Positions 30,629 to 39,999 of a DNA stretch of 64,000 nucleotides are shown one piece after another. A model generated the notes under the pieces. It saw only the letters and a list, made by a program, of their open reading frames with translations, did no database searches and had not been told where the DNA came from. Origin of the DNA: Thermoanaerobaculia bacterium (lineage in GTDB: Bacteria > Acidobacteriota > Thermoanaerobaculia > Multivoradales > Multivoraceae); assembly GCA_963664405.1 (NCBI GenBank), contig OY761158.1:416001-480000 (forward strand), in the 5' to 3' direction. Positions within the stretch are counted from its first letter, which is position 1; the number at the start of each line of letters is the position of its first letter. A program made the translations under genes and the position numbers.

Positions 30629-31125
30629 CGCCCCGGCCCGCAGCGGTCCAGCACCAGCCAGGAGAACGCGTAGGGGTTCTTCCCATCGGCCTCGAAGTCG
30701 GTACGCTCCATCTGGCGCCAGTTTTCGGACGAAAAGTCCGGGAAGCGGGTATCTCCTTCGACATCCGCGTGGACTCGGGTCATATACATGCGATCGGCCA
30801 ACTCGAGAGCGAGAAGGTAGATCTCTCCCCCACCAACGAAAAAGAGCTCGTCCTCCCCAGCCTCTTCAGCGATCTCGAGGGCTTCGGCAAAAGAACCTGC
30901 CCGCAATACACCTTCGGGCAGCTCCGCCTGGCCTCGAGTGAGCACGATGGTGGTACGCCCCGGCAGCACCCCCATCGAGTCGAAGTTCTTGCGCCCCGTG
31001 ACCATGTGGTGCCCCAAGGTCAAGCTCTTGAAGTGACGCAGATCGGCCGAAAGGCGCCAAGGCATGTCGTTGTCGACGCCGATGATTCCGTTGGCTGCAA
31101 CCGCGGCGATGATGGAAAGCCTCAT
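30625..31125 (-). CDS. folA: dihydrofolate reductase
   Basis: '[26 protein letters not shown]', 'GRK', 'GGGEIY', 'EGDTRFP'. Confidence 0.95.
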   Translation of the reverse strand: MRLSIIAAVAANGIIGVDNDMPWRLSADLRHFKSLTLGHHMVTGRKNFDSMGVLPGRTTIVLTRGQAELPEGVLRAGSFAEALEIAEEAGEDELFFVGGGEIYLLALELADRMYMTRVHADVEGDTRFPDFSSENWRQMERTDFEADGKNPYAFSWLVLDRCGPGR

Positions 31126-31916
31126 ACCGCAATCGGAGCCGAGATCGCCTCGTGCGGCTCGTAGCCCTCGAGATCGAGACTCTCGTAGCGAAAGTCGAAG
31201 AGCTCGTCCACCGACGGATCGAGCCTCAGCCTCGGAAGCGCTCGGGGAGCCCGCTCGAGCTGGGCTCTGGCCTGGTCGAGATGGTTGAGATAGAGGTGGG
31301 CGTCTCCGAAAGAGTGAACGAAGTCGCCAGCGCCAAGATCGCAGACCTGGGCAATCATATGCGTCAGTAGCGCGTAGGACGCAATATTGAAGGGTACGCC
31401 CAAAAAGATATCGGCGCTACGTTGATAGAGGTGACACGAGAGCTTTCCGTCCGCCACGTAGAACTGAAAAAGGGCGTGACAGGGAGCCAACGCCATCTTG
31501 GGAAGATCGCCGACGTTCCAGGCCGAGATCACGTGCCGTCGTGAGTAGGGGTCGCGCCGGATCGCCTCCACCAGTTCTGCCAGCTGATCCACGGTCCCAC
31601 CATCGGCGGTCGGCCAAGCGCGCCACTGCCTTCCATAGAGAGGGCCCACCTCGCCGCTCTCGTCCGCCCAATCGTCCCATATCTTGACTCGGTTCTCGGT
31701 CAGATAGGCGATGTTGGTCTCACCCCGAAGAAACCACAGCAGCTCGTGAAAGATGCCGGGCACGTACAATTTCTTCGTTGTGAGCAAAGGAAACCCCTCG
31801 CTCAAATCAACCCGTAACTGATAGCCGAAAACACTGCGAGTACCAACGCCGGTACGGTCCGATCTCTCCACACCTGTCTCCAAGACGTGCTCAAGGAGAT
31901 CGAGATAGCTCTGCAT
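31122..31916 (-). CDS. thyA: thymidylate synthase
   Basis: 'DRTGVGT', 'FPLLTTK', 'MALAPCH', '[18 protein letters not shown]'. Confidence 0.98.
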   Translation of the reverse strand: MQSYLDLLEHVLETGVERSDRTGVGTRSVFGYQLRVDLSEGFPLLTTKKLYVPGIFHELLWFLRGETNIAYLTENRVKIWDDWADESGEVGPLYGRQWRAWPTADGGTVDQLAELVEAIRRDPYSRRHVISAWNVGDLPKMALAPCHALFQFYVADGKLSCHLYQRSADIFLGVPFNIASYALLTHMIAQVCDLGAGDFVHSFGDAHLYLNHLDQARAQLERAPRALPRLRLDPSVDELFDFRYESLDLEGYEPHEAISAPIAV

Positions 31917-32010
31917 CGGCGGGGCCTAGTCTACTCCGTCACGAGGCGACCGGCTGGCCTCTTGGTCGATGACCACAGTCCACTACAATGCGCCCCAGAA
32001 GGAGACACTG

Positions 32011-32925
32011 ATGCCAAAGATGCTAATCGAAAAAGTCGTTATCGTGACCGGCGCGGGTCGCGGTATCGGACGGGATATCGCGCTACTCGCTGCCGCACAG
32101 AACGCGCAGGTCGTGGTCAACGACCTCGGCGGTTCGGAGCGCGGAGACGGTTCGAACTCGGCACCGGCCGACGAGGTAGTCGAAGAGATCAAGCAGGCGG
32201 GCGGACAAGCCGTCGCCAACTTCGACAATGTCGCCGACCCTGCGGGCGCACAGCGGATCGTCGAAGCGGCTATGGACAGCTTCGGCCAGCTCGACGGCGT
32301 GGTCAACAATGCCGGAATCCTGCGCGACGTCATCTTCCACAAGATGACCGACGACGATTGGGACTCGGTGATGGCGGTGCACCTCAAAGGGAGCTTCAAT
32401 GTGAGCCGCGCGGCGGCACCTCACTTCCGTAAGCAGATCGCCGGCGCCTTCGTCCACATGACCTCCACGTCAGGGCTCATCGGCAACTTCGGCCAGGCCA
32501 ACTACGCTGCGGCAAAGCTGGGGATCGTCGGCCTGTCGAAATCGATCGCGCTCGACATGTCCCGTTTCGAAGTGCGCTCGAACTGCATAGCCCCCTTCGC
32601 GTGGAGCCGTCTCATCGGCACTATCCCCACCGCCAATCCAGAGGACGAAGCGCGAGTGGAGAAGATCAAGCGCATGACGCCTGCCAAGATCGCTCCCCTC
32701 GCCGTGTATCTTCTCTCGGACCAGGCCAACGAAGTCAGTGGACAAATCTTTGCGGTGCGTATGAATGAGATCTTCCTGATGAGCCAACCCCGACCGGTAC
32801 GCTCTGTCCACCGCGCCGAGGGCTGGACGCCCGAGGCGATCGCCGAGCACGCCATACCCGCCATGCGCTCTCACTTCTATCCTCTCGAGCGTTCAGGAGA
32901 CGTCTTCAGCTGGGACCCGGTCTAG
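32011..32925 (+). CDS. short-chain dehydrogenase/reductase (hydroxyacyl-CoA dehydrogenase-like)
   Basis: 'VTGAGRGIG', 'VVVNDLGG', 'NNAGILRD', 'GQANYAAAK'. Confidence 0.92.
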   Translation: MPKMLIEKVVIVTGAGRGIGRDIALLAAAQNAQVVVNDLGGSERGDGSNSAPADEVVEEIKQAGGQAVANFDNVADPAGAQRIVEAAMDSFGQLDGVVNNAGILRDVIFHKMTDDDWDSVMAVHLKGSFNVSRAAAPHFRKQIAGAFVHMTSTSGLIGNFGQANYAAAKLGIVGLSKSIALDMSRFEVRSNCIAPFAWSRLIGTIPTANPEDEARVEKIKRMTPAKIAPLAVYLLSDQANEVSGQIFAVRMNEIFLMSQPRPVRSVHRAEGWTPEAIAEHAIPAMRSHFYPLERSGDVFSWDPV

Positions 32926-33668
32926 GAAGGCACAGCGAGAAAGTCGAGGTTGAGCGAAGGTTTCTGAAGCTTTGAGCATCCCCTATACCAAGAGCCCTCC
33001 GCGGAAGACCGCTGGGCAAGTCGAATCAACGGAACTGGAGGTAGGGGATGAAGAACAGAACGTTTCGTACCGCGCTCGGTTGTCTGTCGGTCTGCGCTTT
33101 GCTGGCCTCGGCCGCAGCTCCCGCTCACGCCGGGCCCGGAGAGCGCCGGCTCGATCTCGAGCAGGGCCTCAAATCAGAATCGCTCACGCCGGTACCGCAG
33201 GCCGAAGAGGCGGGTGGTGAGAACAGCGAACCGAGCAAGGCCCTCCGAGTCGAGGAGTTTCGCCTCCATGAGGCCGCCGAGGCCTATTCGCGCTCAGAGG
33301 CGGGGGTGGTGTTGATGGCTGCGAGAAAGCGCATCCCGTTGGCTGCGAGCGCAGTTTCCGGGATGGAGTGAGCTGAGGGCTTCGCGACCGCGGGAAAGCT
33401 AGGCCTTCTTCAGGAAGGGCGGCATCATCCCGCCGGAACGGCGGTCCGGGTGCGTGGTCCCGGCGGCGTGTTTGCGGTCGGAAGAGATGCGTGAGTCGGT
33501 GTAGGGCTTTGCAGTGCGGGCTCTGCTCTGATAGAGCAGGCCGACCAGAGACGGCGAGAGCCCGGGAAAGCGAAGTAGAAAACGCCCCGGGCTCTGCCCC
33601 AAACCGCAGCATTAGCTGCGCTTGCAGTATGGCAGAGAGTCGGGGTCGTCGTCGAATGGGAGGCGACG

Positions 33669-34064
33669 ATGCGACCGGACTACCGACTCTTCGACTGTGC
33701 TCGATGCCGTCGGCGTATCTCGCTGTGCTCGCACTGTGACCGTGGCCAGCGTTACTGCCGGGCTTGTGCTCTGGTGGCTCGTCGGGAATCGACTCGGGCG
33801 GCCGGCCATCGGTACCAGCGAAGCCTCCGAGGTCGGCATTGTCATGCCGCCCGTCAGGCCCGCTACCGTCGGCGCCAGCGCGAGCGGGCAGAGAAAGTGA
33901 CGCATCAGGGTACCCCAGGCGGTACTTCGGGGAGGACACTGTGTCGGATCGAGACTCCGAGGCGCGAAGTGCGCTACGACCCGAGGAATCCGCGATGCAT
34001 GCAGTGTGGAGAGGCCTGCCGAGAGTTTGTGCGAACGAGCTTTCGTCGTTGCCGACGGAGATAG
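33669..34064 (+). CDS. IS21-associated Cys-rich, Arg-rich protein (putative zinc finger)
   Basis: GGAGG SD; CARC-x6-CSHC-DRGQRY-CRAC, basic helix, KVTH, CMQCGEAC; homolog at 49622-50113. Confidence 0.8.
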   Translation: MRPDYRLFDCARCRRRISLCSHCDRGQRYCRACALVARRESTRAAGHRYQRSLRGRHCHAARQARYRRRQRERAEKVTHQGTPGGTSGRTLCRIETPRREVRYDPRNPRCMQCGEACREFVRTSFRRCRRR

Positions 34065-34068
34065 GGGC

Positions 34069-35577
34069 GTGATCGACGCACAGCTGCGCGGGGAGATCCG
34101 TCGTCTGTTCCTGGTCGAGAAGTGGAAAGTCGGCACGATCGCTCGACAGCTACAGCTGCACCCCTCAACCGTGCGCCGGGCGCTGGAGAAGTCCGGCGTG
34201 CTACCCCAGCAGCGACGAGGGAGGATGATCGATCCTTACCTGCCGTTCATCGAGCAGGTGCTCGGGACCTACCCACGACTGCCGGCGAGCCGTCTCTACA
34301 CCATGGTGGTGGAGCGCGGCTATCCAGGAGGCCCGGATCAGTTTCGCCACCTGGTGGCCTCGATGCGACCGAAGCCCCAGCGCGAGGCGTTTCTCTCGCT
34401 GCGCATGCTGCCAGGAGAGCAGGCGCAGGTCGACTGGGGCCACTTCGGTCGGCTCCGCGTCGGCCGGGCACATCGTCGGCTCTATGCCTTCGTCTTCGTG
34501 CTGTCGTTCTCGCGCACGGTCTTCGTGCACTTCACCCTCGACACTCGTCTCGAAACCTTCTTGCACGCTCACCAGCTGGCCTTCCACTACGTCGACGGCG
34601 TCGTCAGGACCGTTCTGTACGACAACCTGCGAACCGCGGTGATCGAGCGGCAGGGAACCGCGGTGCGCTTCCATCCCGTGCTGCTCGATTTCGCCAGCCA
34701 CTACGGCTTCCTTCCCACCGTCGCCGCGGTGGCTCGGGGAAATGAGAAAGGCCGCGTCGAGCGCGCAATCCGCTTCCTGCGAAGCTCGTTCTTCGGCGCC
34801 CGAACGGTGAGCGATTTGGATCGTCTGAATCGGCAGGTCCTGGAATGGTGCCAGAGGTCGCAGCGCAGACCCTGGCCGCAGGACCGACAGCGAACCGTGA
34901 AAAGCGCCCTGGCCCAGGAACGACCTCGACTGCTTGAGCTTCCCGGAGACGACTTCGAAACCGACCTGCGACTGGAGATCAAGGTCAGAAAGACGCCGAT
35001 CGTGCGCTTCGACCTCAACGACTACTCGGTGCCGCACAGTCATGTGCAGAGGACCGTCACGCTCCTCGCCAGCGAGCATCGGGTGCGGATCCTCGATGGC
35101 CAGGAGCTCCTCGCCGAGCACCCTCGCTCGTACTCCCGGGGCGAGCAGATCCTCGATCCTCAACACCTCGAGGAGCTCCTCGCTCACAAACGCAGGGCCC
35201 GACGACACCGGGGCTTCCATCGGCTGTTTTCCGCTGTGCCTCGATGCGAAGAGCTGATGCAGCAGCTCGCCGAGCGAGGCGAGAACCTCGGAACGCAGAC
35301 CGCCGGCCTGCTCCGACTCCTGCGCCAGTACGGCCCCCAGCGACTCGACAAAGCCGTGCGCGAAGCGCTCCTGAACCACGCACCGCGATTCCAGTCCGTC
35401 CGGCTCCTACTCGAACGGCACCAGCGCGGCCTCGGTCAGCCCCCGGCTTTACCGGTGCCGCTCAGCCAGGAGCTCCAACAGCGAGATCTCTCCGTGAGAC
35501 CGCACAACCTCGAGGACTACGACCAACTTGGAGGCAACGACGATGGCCCGACCCAGGAAGAGTCCAACGATCCCTGA
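34069..35577 (+). CDS. istA: IS21 transposase IstA
   Basis: N-terminal HTH; 'PGEQAQVDWG', 'LYDN', 'GNEKGRVERAI', 'FDLNDYSVP'. Confidence 0.96.
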   Translation: MIDAQLRGEIRRLFLVEKWKVGTIARQLQLHPSTVRRALEKSGVLPQQRRGRMIDPYLPFIEQVLGTYPRLPASRLYTMVVERGYPGGPDQFRHLVASMRPKPQREAFLSLRMLPGEQAQVDWGHFGRLRVGRAHRRLYAFVFVLSFSRTVFVHFTLDTRLETFLHAHQLAFHYVDGVVRTVLYDNLRTAVIERQGTAVRFHPVLLDFASHYGFLPTVAAVARGNEKGRVERAIRFLRSSFFGARTVSDLDRLNRQVLEWCQRSQRRPWPQDRQRTVKSALAQERPRLLELPGDDFETDLRLEIKVRKTPIVRFDLNDYSVPHSHVQRTVTLLASEHRVRILDGQELLAEHPRSYSRGEQILDPQHLEELLAHKRRARRHRGFHRLFSAVPRCEELMQQLAERGENLGTQTAGLLRLLRQYGPQRLDKAVREALLNHAPRFQSVRLLLERHQRGLGQPPALPVPLSQELQQRDLSVRPHNLEDYDQLGGNDDGPTQEESNDP

Positions 35578-36337
35578 CGAACCACTACGAGAGCTCGCCC
35601 GATCCCTCGGCTTCTACGCCCTCGTCGACGACTGGGGCACCTACCGAGAACAGCCCTGGCTCGAACAGCTGCTGCGCAAAGAAGAGGCCGAGCGCAAACG
35701 GCGCAGCCTCGAACGGCGCATCCGCACCAGCCGCGTCGGGCTCTTCAAGAGCATCGCCGACTTCGACTTCTCCTGGCCCCAGCGCATCGACCGCGAGCAG
35801 ATCCAGGATCTGCTCACCCTCCAATTCCTCGACGACATCACCAACGTCATCCTCCTCGGACCCAACGGTGTCGGCAAGACCATGATTGCCAAGAACCTCC
35901 TCTACCAGGCGCTGCAACGAGGGGCCACCGCCAGCTTCGTCACCGCCTCCGACATGCTCAACGATCTCGCCGTCCAGGAAACCCCCTCGGCGCTCCAGAG
36001 AAGGCTCTCCAAATACACCCGACCCTCGCTTTTGGCAATCGATGAGCTCGGCTATCTCTCCTACGACCACCGCCACGCGGATCTCCTCTTCGAGGTCGTC
36101 TCCAGGAGATACGGCAACAAGCCCATTCTTCTCACCACCAACAAGCCCTTCGCCGAATGGGCCGAGGTCTTTCCCAACGCCTCCTGCGTCGTCACTCTCG
36201 TCGATCGACTCACCCACCACGCCGAGATCGTCAAGATCGAGGCTAACTCCTATCGCCGCAAGGAGGCCAAGGAGGCTGCTGAAAAAAAGGCCAAGGACCG
36301 CGCCAAAAGGCGGAGCGCAGCACGACGACGCTCATGA
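35543..36337 (+). CDS. istB: IS21 AAA+ helper ATPase IstB
   Basis: 'DFDFSWP', Walker A 'GPNGVGKT', Walker B 'LAIDELGY', 'TTNKPF.EW', 'DRLTHH', 'SYR'. Confidence 0.96.
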   Translation: MARPRKSPTIPDEPLRELARSLGFYALVDDWGTYREQPWLEQLLRKEEAERKRRSLERRIRTSRVGLFKSIADFDFSWPQRIDREQIQDLLTLQFLDDITNVILLGPNGVGKTMIAKNLLYQALQRGATASFVTASDMLNDLAVQETPSALQRRLSKYTRPSLLAIDELGYLSYDHRHADLLFEVVSRRYGNKPILLTTNKPFAEWAEVFPNASCVVTLVDRLTHHAEIVKIEANSYRRKEAKEAAEKKAKDRAKRRSAARRRS

Positions 36338-36691
36338 CCCGAAGCCACTATCGGCGCCAGCTCCTCCGCCTCTATCGACTCCTTCCCGACACCCCGCACC
36401 GCTTCCACCACGGCGACCGCGTCATCGTCGACCAGCTCTTCGACCAAGACCTGCCTCTCACCGTCCTCCAGGCCGCCCTCCTCCTCGGCTCCGCCCGACG
36501 CGCATGCCGAGATCCGCGCCTACCAAAGCTCCAGCCCATCCGATCCCTCGCCTACTTTCTCCCCATCCTCCGAGAACTCCCCACGACGCCACCCCCCGAA
36601 GGGGTACCTCGACTATCTGCGCCACACCCTGAGTCACGCCTCGCGGGGACAAAAAACCGACTCGCAGCCAACTAAGTGCGCTTTCTCGTAG
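36334..36691 (+). CDS. IS21-associated small helical protein (apparent +1 frameshift at the G-run 36601-36604)
   Basis: ATGA coupling to istB; 'YRRQLLRLYRLLPDTP...IRSLAYFLP'; removing one G restores 'EGYLDYLRH', matching homolog 'PQYVRYILLRH'. Confidence 0.75.
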
Positions 36692-36850
36692 CCGGTAACA
36701 GGTGGCAGCCGCCGCGGCCGCCGAGGCCACTCCAAGGCGCCACGGCTTCGGACGGTGGCTCAAGAAGCACTGGTACGTTCCTGTGCTGGTAGGCGCCGCC
36801 ATCGGCTTTGCCGTCTCCGATGACAGCGACGATCCGAACGAGATAGACGA

Positions 36851-37016
36851 CTAGACCAGCGTTTTCAAAGTTCGGGTTGCATAGCTCGAGCTCATTCTGT
36901 TCGCTGGCAAGGCGCGCCGACGCAGGCATATTGGGCAATATGTCGAGGAGGCGCAACGCCGGCAGCGGGCAGAAGGGGCCGAGATATGTACGCGAACTTT
37001 GGAAACGCTGGTCTAG
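36851..37016. repeat. CTAG-bounded palindromic MITE-like element, copy 2
   Basis: CTAGACCAGCGTTTTCAAAGTTCG ... CGAACTTTGGAAACGCTGGTCTAG; same core as copy 1. Confidence 0.9.
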
Positions 37017-37178
37017 ATCGGCCAGTTGATCGACGGCATTCCCCGCTCCGGCTCTCCCGTACCGGAGCGGGGGCTTCTTTGCCTGCGACGAGCTCCCCAG
37101 GATGAGCGGAATTCCTTCTCCTGCCCAGGCGGTTGGACAGAGCATGAGCCGGGAACGGCTCAAACAGGAGGGCCTGAA

Positions 37179-38291
37179 ATGACCGCAGTCAAAGTGAGTA
37201 AGCAGCCCACGTCCTCTCACCGCGCCCCGCTCAGTTACTCGACCGTTGCCACACTCATCATCGCCGCAGCAATAGCTGTTATCGCCTGCCGGCCCGCTCC
37301 CCCCCAGCAGCTCGAGAGCTCGAGCGGCAACGGACTCGACATAGAGAAGGTGAGACTTGAGGCTCAGCAAGCCCAAGCTGCAGCCGACCAGGAACGTGAT
37401 CGCGAGGCCTTGGCACGGCAAGCTCTCGCGGAGCGCGAACAGCGGCTCGCCGAGGAAGAACGCGCCCTCCAGACCGAAAAGCAGCAGCTTCTCGAGCGCC
37501 AGGCAATCGCCAAACAAGAAGAGGAGCTCGCTGCGCGCGAGGCCACGGTTCGGGAGCGCGAGCTGCGTCTCGAACGTGAGCAACGGCAGGCGGCCGTCGA
37601 AGCCGAACGGATCAGGCTGGAGGAGGAGCGCAGGATCGAGCTCGAGGCCTCGGAGGCGGCTGATCTGGAGGCGGAGCGTCGAGAGCAGCTAGCCGGCGAG
37701 AGCGCTACCATGTTTTCATCTGAAGCGCAGGATCCTCCCGAGCCGATCAACGTCGAAGTGACTCTCGACGTCGGCAGCGTGCTCGAGGTCGAGGTTCAAG
37801 AAACGCTGTCGAGCGCCTACGCCCGCGTCGGAGATACCTTCTCCACCCGCGCGGCCAGAGACCTCTACAACGAAGATGGCGTCCTGGCTATCCCAGCCGG
37901 CACCGCCATCCTCGGACAGGTCACCGAAGCCAGGCCACTGCGGCGGGTGGGGGGTCAAGCGGCGCTCGGATTCGAGCTCACCCACGTAATCTTGGCCAAT
38001 GGCGATCAAGTCGCGATCCGCGCGTCCTTCGTCGAGTTGGGCGACAACAACAAGAAGGACAAGAAAAAGATCGCGATCGCCGCCGCCGCGGGTGCCGTGC
38101 TCGGCGGCATCCTGGGACACGACGCAGGTGGCGCCGCGGTAGGCGCCGCGGCCGGTGCCGCAGTCGGGACCACAGTCGTCGCGACCTCAAAAAGCGAGGA
38201 TGTCGAAATCTCCCAGGGGCAGATCCTTGCCATTCGCCTGGAAGAAGTGGTGACAGTGACCACTCAGACCGGCGGTTTGGCCCCGCGCTGA
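37179..38291 (+). CDS. putative lipoprotein: coiled coil plus VirB10/TrbI-like beta domain and glycine zipper
   Basis: Lipobox-like 'VIAC'; E/R/Q coiled coil; 'TLSS...GDTF...AIPAGTAILGQVTEA'; GAAAG repeats. Confidence 0.65.
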   Translation: MTAVKVSKQPTSSHRAPLSYSTVATLIIAAAIAVIACRPAPPQQLESSSGNGLDIEKVRLEAQQAQAAADQERDREALARQALAEREQRLAEEERALQTEKQQLLERQAIAKQEEELAAREATVRERELRLEREQRQAAVEAERIRLEEERRIELEASEAADLEAERREQLAGESATMFSSEAQDPPEPINVEVTLDVGSVLEVEVQETLSSAYARVGDTFSTRAARDLYNEDGVLAIPAGTAILGQVTEARPLRRVGGQAALGFELTHVILANGDQVAIRASFVELGDNNKKDKKKIAIAAAAGAVLGGILGHDAGGAAVGAAAGAAVGTTVVATSKSEDVEISQGQILAIRLEEVVTVTTQTGGLAPR

Positions 38292-38313
38292 GGTGGCGTG
38301 CCCTCGGCCGGCC

Positions 38314-38790
38314 CTACGACATCAGGCCGATCAGTCTCGCCCAGATCGCCACGCCGCCCCAGATAGCCATCGAAAGCACCGCCACTGCCTTGGGCAAGAT
38401 GCTTCCATGCCTGCCTTTCTCGGCAAGCGCGACCCGACGGCGAATCGTAAAGGTGAAGACCACTCCCGCGGCCATCAACTGCATCTTCCACCAGAAAAAG
38501 GGGCTGTAGTACTGCTTGAGGGCGAGCGACATCATCATCGGGATGCCGGTCGCGAGCAGAACGAGAAAGCCCCCGATCATCCATTTCTCTGCTTCGCGGG
38601 CCAGCTCCGCCAGGGGGCGGCTGGTCAGCCCGCGGCCGAGCATTCGAACGTCGACGATCAGAATGGCGCCGGTGAAGATAACTATAGCCACCAGATGGAT
38701 GCACTGAACAATCGGCGACGCCCAGGTCCTCTCCAAAAAGAAACTGCTGATCCCGAGGTCCTGCATCCACTCGAAGAACGGTAGCAACAT
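38314..38790 (-). CDS. DUF6644-like 4-TM membrane protein
   Basis: 'CIHLVAI...IVDVRMLG...TG...FWWKM...W...ARLI'. Confidence 0.75.
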   Translation of the reverse strand: MLLPFFEWMQDLGISSFFLERTWASPIVQCIHLVAIVIFTGAILIVDVRMLGRGLTSRPLAELAREAEKWMIGGFLVLLATGIPMMMSLALKQYYSPFFWWKMQLMAAGVVFTFTIRRRVALAEKGRHGSILPKAVAVLSMAIWGGVAIWARLIGLMS

Positions 38791-38803
38791 TACGCTCGCT
38801 CCC

Positions 38804-39334
38804 CTATCCGCCCAGATTAAGGTCTTTCCACCATTGTGGAACGAGCCCGCTGTAAGCCATTAGCCGCCCGGTCACCACGACTCCAGCCCACAACACCAGG
38901 GAGAAGACTCCAGCCAGCTGCGCGCCGAGGGGCGGTTTAGCGGAAGTGTCCCAGGAGGCAACCGAGCGTTCAGTCGTGTAATGGAAGACCATCATATTGA
39001 TTCCGGCAAGAACGATCATGCTGCTCTTGAGCCAGAAGTAAAAATTCGTGTAATAGACCATCGGCTTGCTGTACAGCAGCAGGCCGCCGGTGATTAAGCT
39101 GATCGCGAAGCCGGTGAGCGCCCAGGGAAAGAGACCCTTCGGAATGTCAGAGACCGAAACGCGCTTCAGCGCCAGACCTACCAGTCGCAGATCCCAATAG
39201 GCGATCAGACCCGCAAACAGGCACATGCTGACCACATGAGCGGTCAGCAGCATGGGATAGGCATTGAGCGACTCCCGCAGCGCTATGCTCGAGGGAAGGG
39301 TATCCGCCCACTCGAACAACGGCCGCAGACTCAA
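38804..39334 (-). CDS. DUF6644-like 4-TM membrane protein
   Basis: 'TAHVVSM...WDLRLVG...TGGLL...FWLK...W.GVVVTGRLMAY'; paralog of the neighbour; start approximate. Confidence 0.75.
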   Translation of the reverse strand: MSLRPLFEWADTLPSSIALRESLNAYPMLLTAHVVSMCLFAGLIAYWDLRLVGLALKRVSVSDIPKGLFPWALTGFAISLITGGLLLYSKPMVYYTNFYFWLKSSMIVLAGINMMVFHYTTERSVASWDTSAKPPLGAQLAGVFSLVLWAGVVVTGRLMAYSGLVPQWWKDLNLGG

Positions 39335-39375
39335 ACCTTCATGCTCCAGGGAGTGATCAAGAACAGGCCCTAGCC

Positions 39376-39891
39376 TTACTGCGTGCAGCGATCCTGGTAT
39401 CGCCGATACTTGGTGTGGCAGTCCTCGCACGCCCCAGCCACCTGATTCGTCAAATCGCTGACGGTGTCCCGATCCTTCTTGCGCGCCGCTGCCAACACTT
39501 CCTTACCGGTGTCGGTGAGCTGTCGCGCCCACTGCTGGTAGTCCTCCTGAGCGGTCGGCACTGGTTTGCCGTTCTCACACAGACGTCCCTCGAGCATGAT
39601 CAACGACTCCACCTCGGCGAGAACGATCGCCGCCTGCTCGACCAATTGCCATCCCTTGTAGATGCCAGAAAAGGTCGAGGAGACGGAGTCACCTTCCTTC
39701 TTCTCTCCGATAGCTTCGGGGTCGTTGACTTGAACGTCGAAAAGGATATTGGAGTTCGGGAACAGAATTGCCCGCATGAACTCTGCCAGATTACCGACCG
39801 GCTGGGCGGTGCCGACGGCCGGCTCCTGTGCGCTGACTGAGGCGCTGGCGATCAGCAGCAGCAAGACGACGAACGTTTTCAGGCTACGCAT
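39376..39891 (-). CDS. cytochrome c'-like (class II) periplasmic protein
   Basis: Signal peptide; helical body; C-terminal heme motif 'GACEDCHTKYR'. Confidence 0.75.
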   Translation of the reverse strand: MRSLKTFVVLLLLIASASVSAQEPAVGTAQPVGNLAEFMRAILFPNSNILFDVQVNDPEAIGEKKEGDSVSSTFSGIYKGWQLVEQAAIVLAEVESLIMLEGRLCENGKPVPTAQEDYQQWARQLTDTGKEVLAAARKKDRDTVSDLTNQVAGACEDCHTKYRRYQDRCTQ

Positions 39892-39999
39892 ACTTTACCT
39901 CCGCGGAAAACGGGCACAGCACTCTGCATCCGAAGGCACCACTACGGGAAAGAAAGTCTCCGGGAAGGGGCTGAACCTCCTCCTGTGGGAAGGTTTCTT

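Larger units (their letters stand above)
33310..36700 (+). mobile_element. IS21-family insertion sequence, element 1 (four ORFs)
   Basis: TIR TGTTGATGGCTGCGAGAAAGCGC / GCGCTTTCTCGTAGCCGGTAACA; internal repeated TGGCTGCGAG sites; TSD GGTGG at 33305-33309 and 36701-36705; istA and istB. Confidence 0.96.
33048..36854 (+). pseudogene. small exported/membrane protein (136 aa reconstructed) interrupted by IS21 element 1
   Basis: 33048-33309 joins in frame to 36706-36854 after removing the IS and one GGTGG: ...SRSEAGV|AAAAAAEATPRRHGFGRWLKKHWYVPVLVGAAIGFAVSDDSDDPNEIDD*. Confidence 0.85.

Noticed and set aside
33310-33668. Guide-like complementarity between IS left ends and their target sites
   Set aside because: By eye only matches of 7 nt or less were found, which is not significant in GC-rich DNA; RNA-guided targeting remains unsupported.
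33272-36728. 13-bp direct repeat GGCCGCCGAGGCC on both sides of IS element 1
   Set aside because: Not adjacent to the TIRs; both copies encode AAEA in the interrupted Ala-rich gene; the true TSD is GGTGG.
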